Assembly: GCF_964194155.1 (NCBI RefSeq) | Contig: NC_135890.1 | Coordinates: 107,136,001 to 107,200,000, forward strand | DNA: 64,000 nucleotides | Direction: 5' to 3' | From: Cetorhinus maximus | Lineage: Eukaryota | Shown: piece by piece, positions 38,494 through 53,520 of the stretch | How the letters are laid out: every line of letters starts with the position of its first letter | Position numbering within the stretch: the stretch's first letter is position 1 | The notes under the pieces: generated by a model | Seen by the model: only the letters and a program-made list of their open reading frames with translations | Database searches by the model: none | Told to the model about the DNA's origin: nothing | Program-made: the position numbers and the translations under genes

Positions 38494-41400
38494 CACAGCC
38501 ATATCACAGCCATACCACAGCGGTATCACAGGCAGACCACATTGCCAGCACCGACAGCCATGAAGGCAAATTGGAGTTATAGTTCTTTAAAGTACACTGT
38601 TGGGCTCCTCACTGTAACATAATCTTTAGCTCCTCTTGTTTACAACTACGATCACCATCAGGTCCACATGGGATATGTTTGGTCCAGAAGATGGGAGTCT
38701 CCTTCGCTTGGTCCGTTGTCCGTCTAGGGATGGTGGGGTCTGATACACACTTTGCCTAAGGGACTACCCTTTTTGCTGACTCTGCTGGGACATCAACCCC
38801 CTAAGGAATATATAGTTTCCTGGATGGAATTTACCTTGCCATTTGGACCGACATAACTGGATATAATTATCAGGTGGGCTCATCAGCATTATTCTTACTA
38901 AGATAAAAGCAAAATACTGCGCATGCTGGAACCTGAAACAAAACCAAAAACTGCTGGAGAAACTCAGCAGGTCAGACAGCATCTGTGGAGAGAAAAAGCC
39001 AATGTTTCGAGTCCAAATGACTCTTCATCTTCAGTTCTGAAGAAGAGTCATCTGGATTCGAAACATTGGCCCTTTCTCTCCACTGATGCTGTCAGACCTG
39101 CTGAGTTTTTCCAGCAGTTTTGGTTTTTGTATCATTATTCTAACGTTGTCTCCTGGGTTGTTTACTCACACATTTTTCTATTCACCACTCTCCCCAATTT
39201 GTCTCAAAGTGACAAATGAGGAATGTCTAAGGGCAGAGTAGTTTCAGACTCTGACATAAGTATTTTCCATTGAAACTCTCTGATTAAACATATTGCATTT
39301 CCTTCCTCCAATTCATCATACTTATTGCCTTCATTCCAACTGTTTGGATAGCCACCTTTAATCGCTCCATGGTTTTTCCACACGTGTACCCTCCCTGACT
39401 CCCCAGGAATCACTTGGGGTTTGTTAAATGCGATATCGTGGTCACTGAAGTTGGACCCATCAAAGAAATCGCTCTTCTTACCTGGATTGCCAAAATACAC
39501 TGGTTGACCTCTTCCTGAATATGGATGGCTATTAACAGGTGGCTGATCTTTAATGTTTGGGCCCATATCTTCGACTGACCGTCAATCCAGATTTTTCTGA
39601 AAAATAAAACAAAATACACCAACCTCTGCGGGCGAAACTTTTCTTTTGGACACAGGTGAGTAGTTAAGGGTTAACAAAATTGCCTTTCTCTTCTGTGGCC
39701 TCTATTAACCCTATCAATTCTGCATAGGAGTGAATCAGCTGAACCCTCTCCCTTTGAGCACTGCCTTTGTAACGCATACCTCTGCTGGCATTTTGCCTTC
39801 CTGGGCAGGGCTGGCTCCCAGATTCAACTCCTCCTCCAGCATCCCCTCAGAGGTGGTACTTCTGGATCTCATTAATGGGTCTGTGGGCCTGATGCTGGCT
39901 GCTTTTCCTTTCTGCAAATGTTCCCCCTTAAATAGTTTCACCTGATTAATATGAAACCATGTATCCCACTTTGTAAGTTGGACAGCATACACCATTGGGC
40001 TGGCTTTATCCACAATGCTGTATGGCCCCTTGTATAGAGATTCAAACAGACCAACTCTCGCATCATTTCATGCCTTAACCTGCTGACCTATATCCCACTC
40101 TTGTGGTTTGGCTTTTTGTAGGAGCAATTTATTAACACAATGCGCCCTCCCTATGTTCCTTGCAGCCTCATCGTGGAGGCCTTGCAAGGCCACAAAAGAT
40201 CAATTGGTTCAATATAATTAATATAATTAAACTGTGGAAATTATGGGCCGGTGATCTGGGCTGGTGTGATTCTTCAATATTGTCCATAGGTGTCTCATTC
40301 ATAGCTGATTGTCCCATCACCACTTGTTAGGGTAAATGACCATAACCTGACTTTAAATATGGATCCCGGATGTAATGCAAGGAAAGCCACGGACAATTCA
40401 GACAGATAGAAACACACATTCCAATTTAAAATAAAGCTTTACTTTCAAATCACATCGAATATTTTGGCAGAAACAACGTGCAGGCCTGCTATCCTTTGCT
40501 CTTGTAAAACACTAAGCACCCAGAATAAAGCATTCCAATGTTAAACACTTACAATTCTCCAAGAACACTTTAAGGCTAAAAGGAATTACCTGTAAAAGTT
40601 ATTTTAAAATGAAGAAGGCAGGCAATCATTGTTGATCTTTATATGGGGAATATTTGGCATGGCCCCTCCTATACAGTGAAACATTTTTGGAATTGCCCCA
40701 TCAGCCATCTTATGGTCCCTGTGAGTCAGGAGGTGAATTAGTACCGAATGAGAGATGAGCTTGGAGCTGTGTACTCATTAGGATCTCAACCAATATTAGT
40801 TTCACTCTTCAGAAGAATCTTTCAGGTTAACAGTACATGCTTTTGACCAATGATCAACCAGGGTTGATGTAAAATGGTTCTGTACATCCTGGCACCGGCA
40901 ACAAGAGAATCCCAGTGACCCAGTGCACTGGGACTTTTGAAGATGATGATAATTTCCTGCTTCTGCCCCTTCTCATCACCCCCATCCTACTATCTGTCAC
41001 GAAATGCAAACTGCAGATGGTGTAACCATGGACCTCTTGCTTCCCACCCTTGCCCCTTCTTCACCTAACCTTCCACTTCTGATTTTGTGATTTCTGATAC
41101 CCTAGAACTGCCCACTTACACAGGCACAGCAGCCCAAGGAGCAAGAGAGAGAGCTGCAGCCACAGCACTGATGAAGAGGTCCTATCCACTTAACCTGGTG
41201 CTCAGATACTGCCGCTGTGCGCAACTTTTAGAGGCCACTACAGATTTAGATCAGCATGTGGTGAGTCACCAGGCATGAGTGGCCTGCAAACAGGCCAGGG
41301 GCAAAGGATGGTTTGTTTGTCAGCTTACTGGAGGGTGAGGTCACAGACAAGTGTTACTGCAGTGGACTTCGGTGAGGATCTCGATGGACAGCATACAGGA

Positions 41401-41592
41401 GAATACTAAGGGGCATGCGCACTGAGGTACTCGGTACATTGGCTGGCCTGGAGCAGGAACACAGCCTTCCTATCACTGTCAGGGAACATGGAGGGGTCTG
41501 ACAGCAAGTTGGCAGATTTTATGGTTCAATGCTTGCCCTCTCCGCAGCCACTACTCCATCTCTATCTCACGTTGCAGACCCAGGGTCACTGG

Positions 41593-43365
41593 CACAGAAT
41601 CACAGAATTATTACGGTGTAGAAGGAGGCCATTTGGCCCATCGTGTCTGCACCGGCTCTCTGAGCATTTTAACTTAGTGCCAATCTCCTGCCTTTTCCCT
41701 GTAACCCTGCACATTGTTTCTATTTAAATAATCATCCAATGCCCTCTTGAATGCCTTAATTGAACCTGCCTCCACCACTCTTCCAGGCAGTGCATTCACT
41801 GTATGAAGAAGTTTATTCTCACCTCACATTTGCTTCTTTTGCAAAACACTTTAAATCTGTGCCCTCTGGTTCTCGATCCGTTAAGAACAGGGAACCGTCT
41901 CTCCCCATCTACTCTGTCCAGACCCCTCATGATTTTGAAAATTTCTATCAAATCTCCTCTCAGCCTTCTCCTCTCCAAGGAAAACAGTCCCAACTTCTCC
42001 ATTCTTTCCTCATAACTGAAGTGTCTCATCCCTGGAACCATTCCCGGTGCCTTAACAATTTTAAGTACCGACAGCTTATCCAATACCTCCTCCTTATCAA
42101 TTTTAAACCCTTCTAGTGACTGAGTTTCCTCCTCTGTCACCATGGCCTGGGCAGCATCTGCCTCGTAGGTAAAGACAGATGCAAAGTATTCATTTAACAC
42201 CTCAGCCATGCCTCTTGCCTCTATATGTAAATGCCCTTTTTGATCCCTAATTGGCCCTACTCCTCCTTTTACCACCCTTTTACTATTGGTGTGCTTATAG
42301 AATACTTTGGCATTTCCTTTTAGTTAGCTGCCAGTCTTTGTTCATTATCCCTCACTGCTTCTCATATTTGCTTTTACACATCCCTTCTGAACCTTCTGTA
42401 TTCAGCTTGGTTCTCAGTTGTATTTGCTGCCCGATACCTGTTGTAAGCACACTTTTTCTTCTTTAACCTAATTTCTATTTCCTTTGTCATCCAGGGAGCT
42501 CTGGATTTGTTTGTCCTACCCTTCCCTTTTGAGGGAACATGCCTTGACTGTGCCCAAACCTTCTCCTTTTTGAAGGTAGCCCATTGTTCAGCTCCTGTTT
42601 TTCCCACCAACCTTTGGTTCCAGTCCCTCTGGTCCAGCTCTGTTCTTGCCCCATTGAAGTCCGTTCTCTCTCAGTTGATTATTCTTATTCAGGTTTGACC
42701 AATGTCATTTTCCACCGTCATCCTAAACCTTATGATACAATGATCACTGTTCCTTAAATGTTCCCCCACTGTCACTTGATCTACTTGGCCCACCTCATTT
42801 CCAAGAACGAGGTCTAGCAGTGCCTCGTGTCTTGTTGGACTAGACACTTCGTGCTGCAGGAAATTGTCCTGAACACAATCTAGGAACGTTTGTCCCTCAC
42901 TGCCCCTTACACTACCACTATCCCTGTCTATATACGGGTAATTAAAGTCCCCCATTTAATCTACTCTACGATGTTTTCAACTCTCTGTAATTTCCTTGCA
43001 GATTTGTTCCTCTATATCCTTCCCACTAGCTGGTGGTCTGTATATTACTCCGAGCAATGTAATTGCACCTTTCTTATTCCTTAGCTCTAGACAAAATGAG
43101 TCTGTCCTTGATTCCTCTGATACAACCTCTTTCTGCAGTACTGCAATACTCTCATTCACCAAAAATCCTCCTCCTTTGTTCTCTTTCCTATCTTTTCTGA
43201 ACACCTTCTAATCAGGAATATTTAACACCCAGATCTGCCATTCCTTAAGCCAGGTCTCCATTATCGCCACAACATCATAATCCAATAAGACAATCTGTGC
43301 CTGTACCTCCCCAATTTTATTAACTATACGCCGTGCATTCACAAACGTGCAGTGTAACCCTGATT
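41593..43365 (-). mobile_element. CR1-type LINE, RT-deleted (divergent variant)
   Basis: Same element as 20204-21975 with many substitutions. Confidence 0.85.
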
Positions 43366-44977
43366 TTGTCTTCATTACTTGCTCCGTCACTCTGACTTCA
43401 TCTATTAACTTAGTATTCTCTTTGTCTTTTCTTAATTCTATCAACATGGAGAAAGGGTAATCTTTTCATTTGTAAATTTAAACAGTATTTGCTATAACTG
43501 ACACTGCTGTCCCCATACCTGTTGCAGCCTTTGTGTGGACAGGGCACCAAATCCTCCGTCTTCCCTGTCAGAATACAACAATACTCTGGAAAATCCAAGA
43601 ATCCCAGAAACACTCCAGAGTACCTCCAGACACTTTACAAATGCAGAAGTTCCTCATGTTAGCTTTCCTGCAACTTGGGTGCTTGGCCCTTCAAAGAATG
43701 CGAGTGCTAGACCCATTTTGTATCTCTGCAACTGATGTTTGCAGGCTGCTGTATGAATATGTTGTCTGGGCCTGAGTGAACCAAATTCGATATAGCTGCT
43801 GTCACATCTGTAGTTGGACTGGGTGACAACAGGACAGCGTCGATTCACAGCTCACATGTAGGGGAAACCCTGGGTGTGCTCTTTTACGAATGGAACTCCG
43901 TACAGGAAGCAGCCGCAGCCAAATGGTATATGGCATGACTAAAATGAATTCTATGCTCTTTGTGTTTGAAGGCTCTTGATTAGGCTCCTTGACATTGTCA
44001 GCAGCTGCCTCAATGCACTGAGGCTAATATCAGTCGGTCCCTAATGAGTCCTCAGTGCATCAATCAGAGTTATTTCCTTAAAACTCTTGGTTCGGTTAAA
44101 TCAAATGAAAATGGTTTCAGATGTTGATCGTGACGTAACATACATAGATTCACGGACAATTCACATTTACAAATTTTCACAAGGCAGAAACAACACAACA
44201 GCATTTAGATTTGTATCCAAAGAAACAACTTTATTTTCAAGTAACGTTGCACATTTCAATAAAATGAACAGCCCGGGCACATAAATTCTGTTATTACAAA
44301 AGACTAAGCACACTGACTAAAGCATTTATATATTGGACATCGACATCTACTCACATAAAGTAAGGCTAAAGGAATACTTGCAGAACATTTAGCATTATTG
44401 TTCATTATATACAGTTATTTTGGGCAAATTTCAGTGCATCACAAAAAGCGTCCCATTTCTCCATTTCTCATAACAACCACCTTGTGCCACACCCGAGTGG
44501 CAATAGAACCGAAAAGTATAATCCTCATGCTATGAGCGCACGTGCATCAGGTTAACACTGACACTCACACAACCTATTTCATAGAGGATATCCACAGACA
44601 GCAGGCTTGAGGGAGGTTGGGCCTAATCTGAATTTAGGTCCCAAAGTAAAATGTTTAGTAATCTTTGGCCTCATGTATAATATAAAAATATTTTTCCATT
44701 CCTTCTTTCAAGGATACCCTCTGCTGCTTTGTCTGAAACATTCCATGTGGGCTATGAGTGCAGGCAGTGGCCTGCTTCGTAGACAGACACTAATATGTGC
44801 ATGAACACCCCACTGTTATTAACAAGACAATCGAAGAGTGACAGTCAAAGTATCATTTACTTACTAACCGCGATGCTTAAACTCATAGAAATTGCATCAG
44901 TGGGAAAAAAACCAACAGATTTTTATCGTAGTTTTTGTGTGATATCTAACACTCATTCCATATTGGTGCTGTCTTAG

Positions 44978-45445
44978 TTAACCACCTCGTAGACGTAGCA
45001 TGAGGAAGATGGTGCTCTCAGGCTGAATATTGTAGTCGGCGAGTGTCCGACCATCCTCCAGCTGTTTCCCCTCGCACACCAGACGCTGCTGATTGGCTGG
45101 GACACCCTCCTGCCGTTGTACCCGTGCTCTAAAATCCCGAACAGATTCAGAGGGAAGAACGTCATATGTAGATGTTTTCCCCTTGTCATTCTTCAGGAAT
45201 ATCTGCATGCGCTCCTCGTTCTTGACAATCAGCATGACCTCATTACTGGGAGAGACATTGTAGTCAGACAGCCTCCTGCTGTCCTGCAGCTCTTCAGTGT
45301 TTCCATTTTGCACCACCAGGCGCTGTCGGAAATGGGGCACCTTGGTTCTTTCATATATCATCTTCTTGAGAGCTGACACTTGGATGGAATGGTCGATATC
45401 AAGTTCAATAACCTCACCGGTCATAAACTTCACCCGGAGTCTCAT
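44978..45445 (-). CDS. isg15: ISG15-like, type A, copy 3 (P19H, S37P, H68N, L133R, S142P relative to copy 1)
   Basis: Intact 155-aa ORF ending LRLRGG. Confidence 0.9.
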   Translation of the reverse strand: MRLRVKFMTGEVIELDIDHSIQVSALKKMIYERTKVPHFRQRLVVQNGNTEELQDSRRLSDYNVSPSNEVMLIVKNEERMQIFLKNDKGKTSTYDVLPSESVRDFRARVQRQEGVPANQQRLVCEGKQLEDGRTLADYNIQPESTIFLMLRLRGG

Positions 45446-47240
45446 CTTGTCAAATTTCTGTTAAGAAATGAACAAGATATCAGTGACGGAGATGCTGTGT
45501 ATTGTGTATCAGTCACATAATACTATTTTGAACATGCAGTACATTGTCCAGACAATCATAGAATCTAGGGAACTAATGCACTGTGTAATCTGCACCTACT
45601 GTACTCCTAACTCAGTCAAACCCCTGTCAGTATTTTATTCCCAATCGGTGCAATGCTGCACACAAAGCCATGGACTGCTGCAACTACCGAGCAGCCAGCA
45701 TCTATTGACAGATTAGAGCCTTTTGCACTTGATATATGAACTCTGTTTCTCTCTTCACAGATGCTGCTAGGTCTGTTGAGTTTTATCAGCATTTTCTGTT
45801 TTAATTCTTATTTTCTTCTGTTTGTACATTGGATTTCAGCATCGCTGCCAAGGCTAGCGTTTATTCCCCAAAATTAATTGCCCTTGTGAAGGTGGTGGTG
45901 AGCTGCCTTCTTAAACCGCTGCAGTGTGTATGTGGTATAGGTCCCACAAGATGCCTCACTTGCTTAAATACAACTTTGATGTTCAGGGCAGTCACTCTCA
46001 CTTCTAGAATTTATCTGATTTGTCACCTTTGGATCAAGTTGTAACGAGGTGTGGAACTCAGGGGTGGTCCTAGGAGAACCCAAAATGTGATGAGTTAACA
46101 TTTCAGGTGTAAATCCTTTGTGGGAATTGGAAGATATAAAAATGATCCCACTCCTCACATGTTTCGCCGGCTCACCCACATTCCCATATCTGCAACATTT
46201 CGATGTCATGTCTGTTTTCCAGTTTGAATGAGGCAGAAACTAAGTTAGAAATATTTGTGCAACTTATATTCTGAATTTATGTTGGAGTATTGAAGTTATC
46301 GGGTATCTGCTGCGCACACAGTTGCAATACTCGGTTTTTGCCACAAGAGTGACCCAAGTAACGTGTAACATGAGCCGTGAATGAACGGGCTTCACTTGTG
46401 GGGAGCGCTGAACATTTAAACAGCCAACAGCAGAGTTCTCTAAACCAGGAACGATGAAACTGTTCTTCGTTGTGCAGAATTCCATCACAGCTTCGTTCGT
46501 TTTAGACACTGCACTCATGATGAAATTAGATTTGTCAGGCTGCCCAAAACCTACATCTGCCCTGGGAATATAGGAATGATTTATCTCACTCACATCTCTC
46601 TCACTGTTTAACTTTGGTTATATTCTCTTGCACTGTCGCCACATTGAGAGGATATTATTTTATCTTAAATTGACTGAGATTCAATATAACCCATTCGAGC
46701 TCCCAACATAAATTCACCCTCAAACGTATCTTACTATATTGTTTTAAAAAAGCAATGACCCTTGTAATCTTAGTTAATGAATGTTTAATGTATTATTTCG
46801 AATATTTGAACACCCCCGGTTAGAATATCTGAGAACGGGTGTCACATAAACATTAGATCTGTGTCTCCAACAGGATTGAGTTTTTCAATGACTTTCTTTC
46901 CATTCTCACCGGGTTTTAATAATAATAATTTATCAGAAATTGCATCTGAGATTCAGAACAAAGCAATTTCCACACCAGAAACAGAATATTGAAATTGCCC
47001 CGAAAGGCAGAATGAACTCACAGTCCTTGCTGGAAGCACAGGTCCGGGAAAGTTCAGCTGCTGAATAATTTCTGATGCACTTTTTCTGCGCAGTTGGTCC
47101 TTTCTGTTTCCCTTCGCACCGACTCTCAGATCTGGACGGAGTATGTGAATCAAGCTCTTTGCTTCTGCTGCTCTGTATCTTGCTCTGAGCGTCTCTCCGT
47201 TAAACAACTCTGTCTGCGCGCGTCTCCGGCTCCCTCCTCC

Positions 47241-47466
47241 TTTTATTCTCAGACCCGGTTTCCGAACGTCACAGCCCCGCTGTCCTCTGATTGTCGGAAA
47301 TCCCCTGTTCTGTTATGAAATAAATGTGACCGGAGCTGAAGTTTCGTTTTCCGAAAACATCCTCCCCCTCCCCCCCCAGTGTCTGACAAATGATCTCTCA
47401 GCCAGCAGCAGAGCATTCTTGCTGATAACAGGAAATGGCCTCTGATCTGTTTCGTTTTCCATTTCC
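47241..47466 (-). promoter_or_regulatory. ISG15-A3 promoter: NF-kB site, two ISREs
   Basis: kB 47296-47305 intact; ISREs at 47340-47352 and 47449-47466. Confidence 0.78.
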
Positions 47467-50400
47467 TTCAGTAACACAATGTAGAGCATCTTCAGCCGAA
47501 AGTGAGCCTGGAGGATTCGATGCTCTGTTGCCATCAGCCGTTTGAACAGCTGTTACTCTTAGAAATTTCATCTGGACCCAATGTTTTCTTTGAAAAACGA
47601 TCTTTATTTTTAGGAGTGTGAGGTGATGCTTTTTGGGAGGACTAACACGGCAAGGGAATCCACAATGAATGGTAGGACCTTAGACAGTACAGAGGATCAG
47701 AGGGACCTTGGTGTACATGTCAATAGATCCCAGAAGGCAGCAGCTCAGTAGATAAGGTGGTTAAGAAGGCATATGGGATGCTTGCCCTTGTTAGCCGAGG
47801 CATGGAACATAAGATTAGGGAGGTTATGTTGGAGTTGTATAAAACGCTAGTTAGACTACAGCTGGAGTAGTGTGTGCAGTTCTGGTCACCACCCATATGG
47901 GAAGGATGTGATTGCACTGGAGAGGGTGCAGAGGAGATTCACCAGGATGTTGCCTAGGCTGGAGCATTTCAGCTATTAAGAGAGACTGGATAGGCAAGGG
48001 TTGTTTTCCTTAGAGCAGACAAGACTGAGGGGGGACCTGATAGAGGTATCCAAAATTATGAGGGGCATAGATAGGGTAGATAGGGAGAAACCTTTCCCCT
48101 TAGCAGAGGTATCAATAACCAGGGGGTATAGATTTAAGGTAAGGCGCAGGATGTTTAGAGGGGATCTGAGGGAAACCTTTTTCACCCAGAGGGTGGTTGT
48201 AATCTGGAACACACTGCCTGAGGGGGTGGTAGAGGTGGGAACCCTCACAACATTTAAAAAGTATTTAGATGGGCACTTGAAATTCCACAGCATACAGGGC
48301 TACAGGCCAAGTGCTGGAAAATGCGATGGGAAAAGTTAGGTGCTTGATGGCCAGAACAGACACGATGGGCTGATGTGCCTGTTTCCGTTCTGTATAACTC
48401 TATGACTATCAAGCACTCATTCTAACTCAGACCCTATGATGAAAGGCACTTCCTGTGACACGTCAATATAAGGAAACAGGGAAGGGATTACAATGATATG
48501 GCTGGTATAGCAGGATGGCATCTCCACATTGGCACCAGTGATGTAAATTATAAAATTCTTGATTTTGTACAGATTGAGGAGTGGGTACAAAAACTGAATT
48601 TGGCCACAGAGTGGCCTGTGTCCCGAGCAGTGATACGTAGATAAGTGCTTGATGGCTGGCACAGACACGATGGGCCGAAGGGCCTGTTTCTGTGCTGTAT
48701 AACCACATGACGCTACGACTCTAAGACGGTACAGTATTTCTTGGGCGGCTGCCTGAGTTGAGTTGGTTTATGTGAGATTTGGGGAGAGTGAGAGAAGGTG
48801 AAGGTGAGGTTGATGAGACCTGATTTGAATGGCAGAGCCAGTTCAAAGGACTAAGCCTCTACTCCTTCTGATGTTCTTGTTTGATTTGACAGTGCAGCAA
48901 TATTGTAAAAAGCTTGTCAAATGAAAGATTGCTTCTATTCTGAACTGATAGTGAGGGTGATTGCAGATTGAACTACAGATCTAGAGCCAACCCAAAGGGG
49001 CAGTGGAGTCAGTTCTCCTCTTAAAAATTAAGTTAGACATTTTGGCTGAGATAATCACCTTAGTCTGATGTAGCATGTAACTGAGCTGGAGAGGCTCTCC
49101 ATCAAAAGTGTGCCCTCAAAATGGCTGCTGTAATACCCTTTCCATGATCTTACTCTGATTTTCTTCCACCTTCTGGAAACAAATTAACTCTTGCAATTAA
49201 ATGAAGCAAGGGAGTGGGGTCCCCATATTTCCCTTTCTTTGTGCCCAGTTACCATCCCTGAAAATCAGCACCAGTTTACCAGTGGCAGTTCTTCACCGAT
49301 CAGAGATGGGGAAGGTGAAGAGGAGAAAGGTGCTGGAGGCCAATCAGGATGAAGGTGCCGAGAAGTAAGGTGGGTCCAAACACCTCATGAGCATCAAACA
49401 GGCGCGAGCACTGATCCTTGCAGCACCCGGCTAGTTACGTCCTGCCAACCAGAAAATGGCCTGTTTATTGCTACTCTCTGTTTTCTGACCATTAACCGAT
49501 TCTCAGTTCATGTAATATATTAGCCCCAATCCCATGAGCCCCAATCTTTTGAAATAAGCTCATTGACGGTATTTTATTGAATGCCTTTGGATAATCCAAT
49601 TAAAATAAATCCACTGGTTCCTCCTCATCTACCCTGCAACTCAGAACATCAACAAACCTCAACAAACTTTAACAAATGTATAGAACACAGTTTCCCTTTC
49701 ATACACCCATGTTGACTTTGACCAATCAAATTATGATTTTATAAGTGCCCTATTATCATGTCCCTAATAACAAATTGTCGCACATTCCTTTCTGTTGATG
49801 TCAGGCTAACTGGCCTATACTCCTTCCTGATTCTTTCTCCCTTCGTTTCTTGAATAGTGGGGTTATGTTTGATCCTCCCAATCCATGAGGACTGTTTGAG
49901 TATCTATGGAATCCTGCAAGACCCAGTGTGCCCACTATCTCTGTAGCCAGATCTTTTACCCCCTATGAAGGCGGTGATGGGTCCAGGGAATCTGTTGCCT
50001 TTTCGTCCCATGAATTTCTCTCGTACTTTTTTCAGGATACTATTAGATTAATCCTGGGGATTTTAATTTTCATAGCGACTGGATGAAATAAATCTGCTGT
50101 AGTAATGTGGGGGATAAGGTTATAGAATGCAGTCAAAAATATTTTCTAGATCAGTGTCAGCAACCAGCCACAAGGAGAGGTCCCTAATTCTGGCAGTAGA
50201 TAGGGAACACAATCTTGGGGACTCCTGGGTGTGGCTCCAGAGAACAGTATCCATCCCTCTGATTATACTGTCCTCTGCCATTACCACATTCCTTCCCCAC
50301 AGCTTGCCCTCAACATAAATGGCCTCATGTATCATGGTTCTGTGGTCAGTTTTCTCATCCACCAGATTTTTTTATCATTCAGACAGGCAGCAGGAAGCCC

Positions 50401-53052
50401 ATGCCTGTTAGATAAGGACAATGGCTGAGGTCCCCTGCACTGCACGATTGTGCTACGCTGTCTATGTTCCTATTTTCTTATCCGCCTTGTGTCTCCTTAC
50501 TAACCTGACCCGCAGCCACACCCTCCTGTCCCTGACCACTATTTAGACACTATGGGGCACTACGTAACCTAAGGAGTGTGACTGCCTCTTGGATGAAGTG
50601 TCCAGCTAACAGTCTTCCTCCCTAATGCCCCACAATGCCTGCATCTCGGATTGAAGCTCGACAAGTCGGAAGTTGAACTTCCTTGATGTTCAGACACTCA
50701 CTGTGGATGTGGTTGTCAGCAATTGCAATGCTGTCCACAAACTCCCACATGCTGCTTTTGTTGCAAAGTACCTGCAATGCCATCACTATCTACCCAGTTT
50801 TATTTATTTCATTAATTAACATTTATGCATTTAAACAACTTAGCTTATTTTGTTAACCTTTACGATATAGCTTTAAGTGATTGGTATATTGATATTTATC
50901 TGTAAATTACCCATTTCCTCCCCATTCGGTGATGTCACTTTGTGAATGCAACAAAGCCCTGAGTTTACCAGCACTTCTGGCCATTTATGAAGCAGTCATT
51001 GGCAGCATTCCCAAAAAAAACACAACTGCTTTGATTTGAAAGCCTCTTGTTGAATCCTTTGGCTGCATTGAGTTTCTGGAATGTCTCAGTCACCAGGGTG
51101 TCCCTGACATTATGCCACACCTCCAGCTTTGCATTGCAATGTGGGTGTGGTCTCTCATGATTCAGCCTTAGCACTGCATGAGAAACCACCGTCTCCACTA
51201 GCTGCATGAGATATATGCTCACGAAACAATGATCTGTTAAAGCCTGTGCCCTGATATCTTTGTGTTTGGTTCCTTCACCAAGGAAGAGGTTTCTGTCCCC
51301 TCCAGGGAGAGAAAACTGTTTCCCTGTCATTTCCTCCCAGTTCTGTCTGCTCCCTGGTGCACCGTGAACCACTGACTGATAAGCTTCCACCTCAGTAATT
51401 CCCTTGTCTCAAGTAAGTGCATCGGGACAGGTGTTTGAATAAGCAAGTTGTCTCTTGGAAGTTTCTAGTATTCCAAACTGGAATAATTAGAAAAGCATAT
51501 TTTCTTAATTATTAAATGTGACCAGTGTGAACTTAATTTTTGTACAAATTGCTGCCTTAGTCTCAGAATGACAAAATCACACAGCACAGAAGAGGCCCTT
51601 TGGCCCATTGAGTCTACACCGACATGGGAGAAATGCCCGACCTACCCACCTAATCCCATTTACCATAATTAATACTCTTAGTTGATCGCTCAGTAAAGAA
51701 TCAATACAGACATGATTAGCCAATAGTTCTGTGTTGTAAATCTTTATCGTTCTCACAAAAACCTGAGTATTTGATATTTTTACCCAAAGCTGTGATGCTG
51801 TGAGAACCATTGAGATTGTCCAGTCTGAGCATGTGCAGACTGAATGTTTTGGTACAATTTGTTCATCGGCTCGCCGGCTGCCTCCGTTCCTGATCCCATC
51901 AGGGCCTAAAAATCCTGCCCAGATTCTCTAACATATCATGTTAAATGCCACAGAAGATCAACCGGTACAATATAATTAATATAATTAAACAGTGGAAAAT
52001 ATGGGCTGGTGATCTGGGCTGGTGTGATTCTTCAATATTGTCCATAGGTGTCTCATTCATAGCTGATTGTGCCATCAACACTTGTTAGGGTAAATGATCA
52101 TAACCTAGGTTTAAATATGCATCCCGGTTGGAATGCAGGGAACGCCACAGACAATACAGACAGATAGAAACACACATTCCAATTTTTATTAAAATGGACA
52201 ACTTTACTTTCAAATCACATTGGGTATTTTGGCAAATACAATGTGCAGGCCTGACATCCTCTGCTCTTACACAACACTAAGCACCCAGATTAAAGCATTC
52301 CAATGTTAAACACATACAATTCTCCAAGAACACATTAAGGTTAAAGCAATTACTTGTAGATGACCTTAAGTCATTTTAAAATGAAGCTGGAAGACACTCA
52401 TTGTTGATCCTTTGGAATTTTTGGCATGGCCCCTCCTATTCAGTGAAAGAGCTTTGGAATTGCCACATCAGCTAACTAATGGTCCCTGAGAGTGAGAAGG
52501 TGGATTCGTACTGAATGAGAGGCAAGTTTGGAGCTGTGGATCAGGGACTGGATCATTATTGGCCTAAATCTTCAGTAGAATTTTGAAGAGTAACAGGACA
52601 TACTTTTGACCAATGATCGGCCAGGATTGATGTGAATCAAAGTATCACGAGTCAATGATCAGAATGGAACACGTTGCATTAGCAGTCCCCCCGAATCCTT
52701 CTATATTGTTAATTAAGTTGCTGACCCTTGTAAAATTGTGTCCAATGTTTTGTACCTGCATCTTTCCTCAGGTGAGAATGCAGGAAGGTGACCTGCACCC
52801 AGGCCTCAGTTGGTATCATTTCCTAGCCAAACATTATCTGTTGAATAAACTTCCTGTTGTTATGGGAACTGGGGCAGACAGGAATAAGATTCAAAAGTAT
52901 CATGGACAAGTCAGTTACTGTGCAACCTGGGACTCTTACCAACTGCAGCTGAGAAAACAGGAGTATATGAAAAAATTGATCAATTGAGGCACTATAAATA
53001 ATTTACTTCTGTAATAGCTAGAGTTCATGGTATAAACCGCTGCAAGTGCAGG

Positions 53053-53520
53053 TTAACCACCTCGTAGACGGAGCATGAGGAAGATGGTGCTCCCAGGCTG
53101 AATATTGTAATCGGCGAGTGTCCGACCATCCTCCAGCTGTTTCCCCTCGCAAACCAGACGCTGCTGAGTGGCTGGGACACCCTCCTGCCGTTGTACTCGT
53201 GCTCTAAAATCCTGAACAGACTCAGAAGGAAGAACGTCATATGTAGATGTTTTCCCCTTGTCATTCTTCAGGAATATCTGCATCCGCTCCTCGTTCTTGA
53301 CAATCAGCATGACAGCATCGCTGGGAGAGACATTGTAGTCACACAGCCTCTTGTTGTCCTTCAGCTCCACAGTGCTCCCATTTTGCACCACCAGGCGCTG
53401 TTGGAAATAGGGCACATTGGCTTTTTTGTATATCATCATCTTGAGAGCCGAGATTTGGATGGAAGGGTCAACATCAAGTTCAATATCTTCACCGGTCAAA
53501 AACCTCACCTGGAGCCTCAT
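53053..53520 (-). CDS. isg15: ISG15-like, type B, copy 3 (S118T, E143G relative to B1)
   Basis: Intact 155-aa ORF ending LRLRGG. Confidence 0.9.
   Translation of the reverse strand: MRLQVRFLTGEDIELDVDPSIQISALKMMIYKKANVPYFQQRLVVQNGSTVELKDNKRLCDYNVSPSDAVMLIVKNEERMQIFLKNDKGKTSTYDVLPSESVQDFRARVQRQEGVPATQQRLVCEGKQLEDGRTLADYNIQPGSTIFLMLRLRGG

Larger units (their letters stand above)
21375..42764. repeat. Tandem segmental duplication unit 2
   Basis: Collinear copy of unit 1 with scattered substitutions and a ~19-nt insertion near 30085-30110. Confidence 0.97.
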
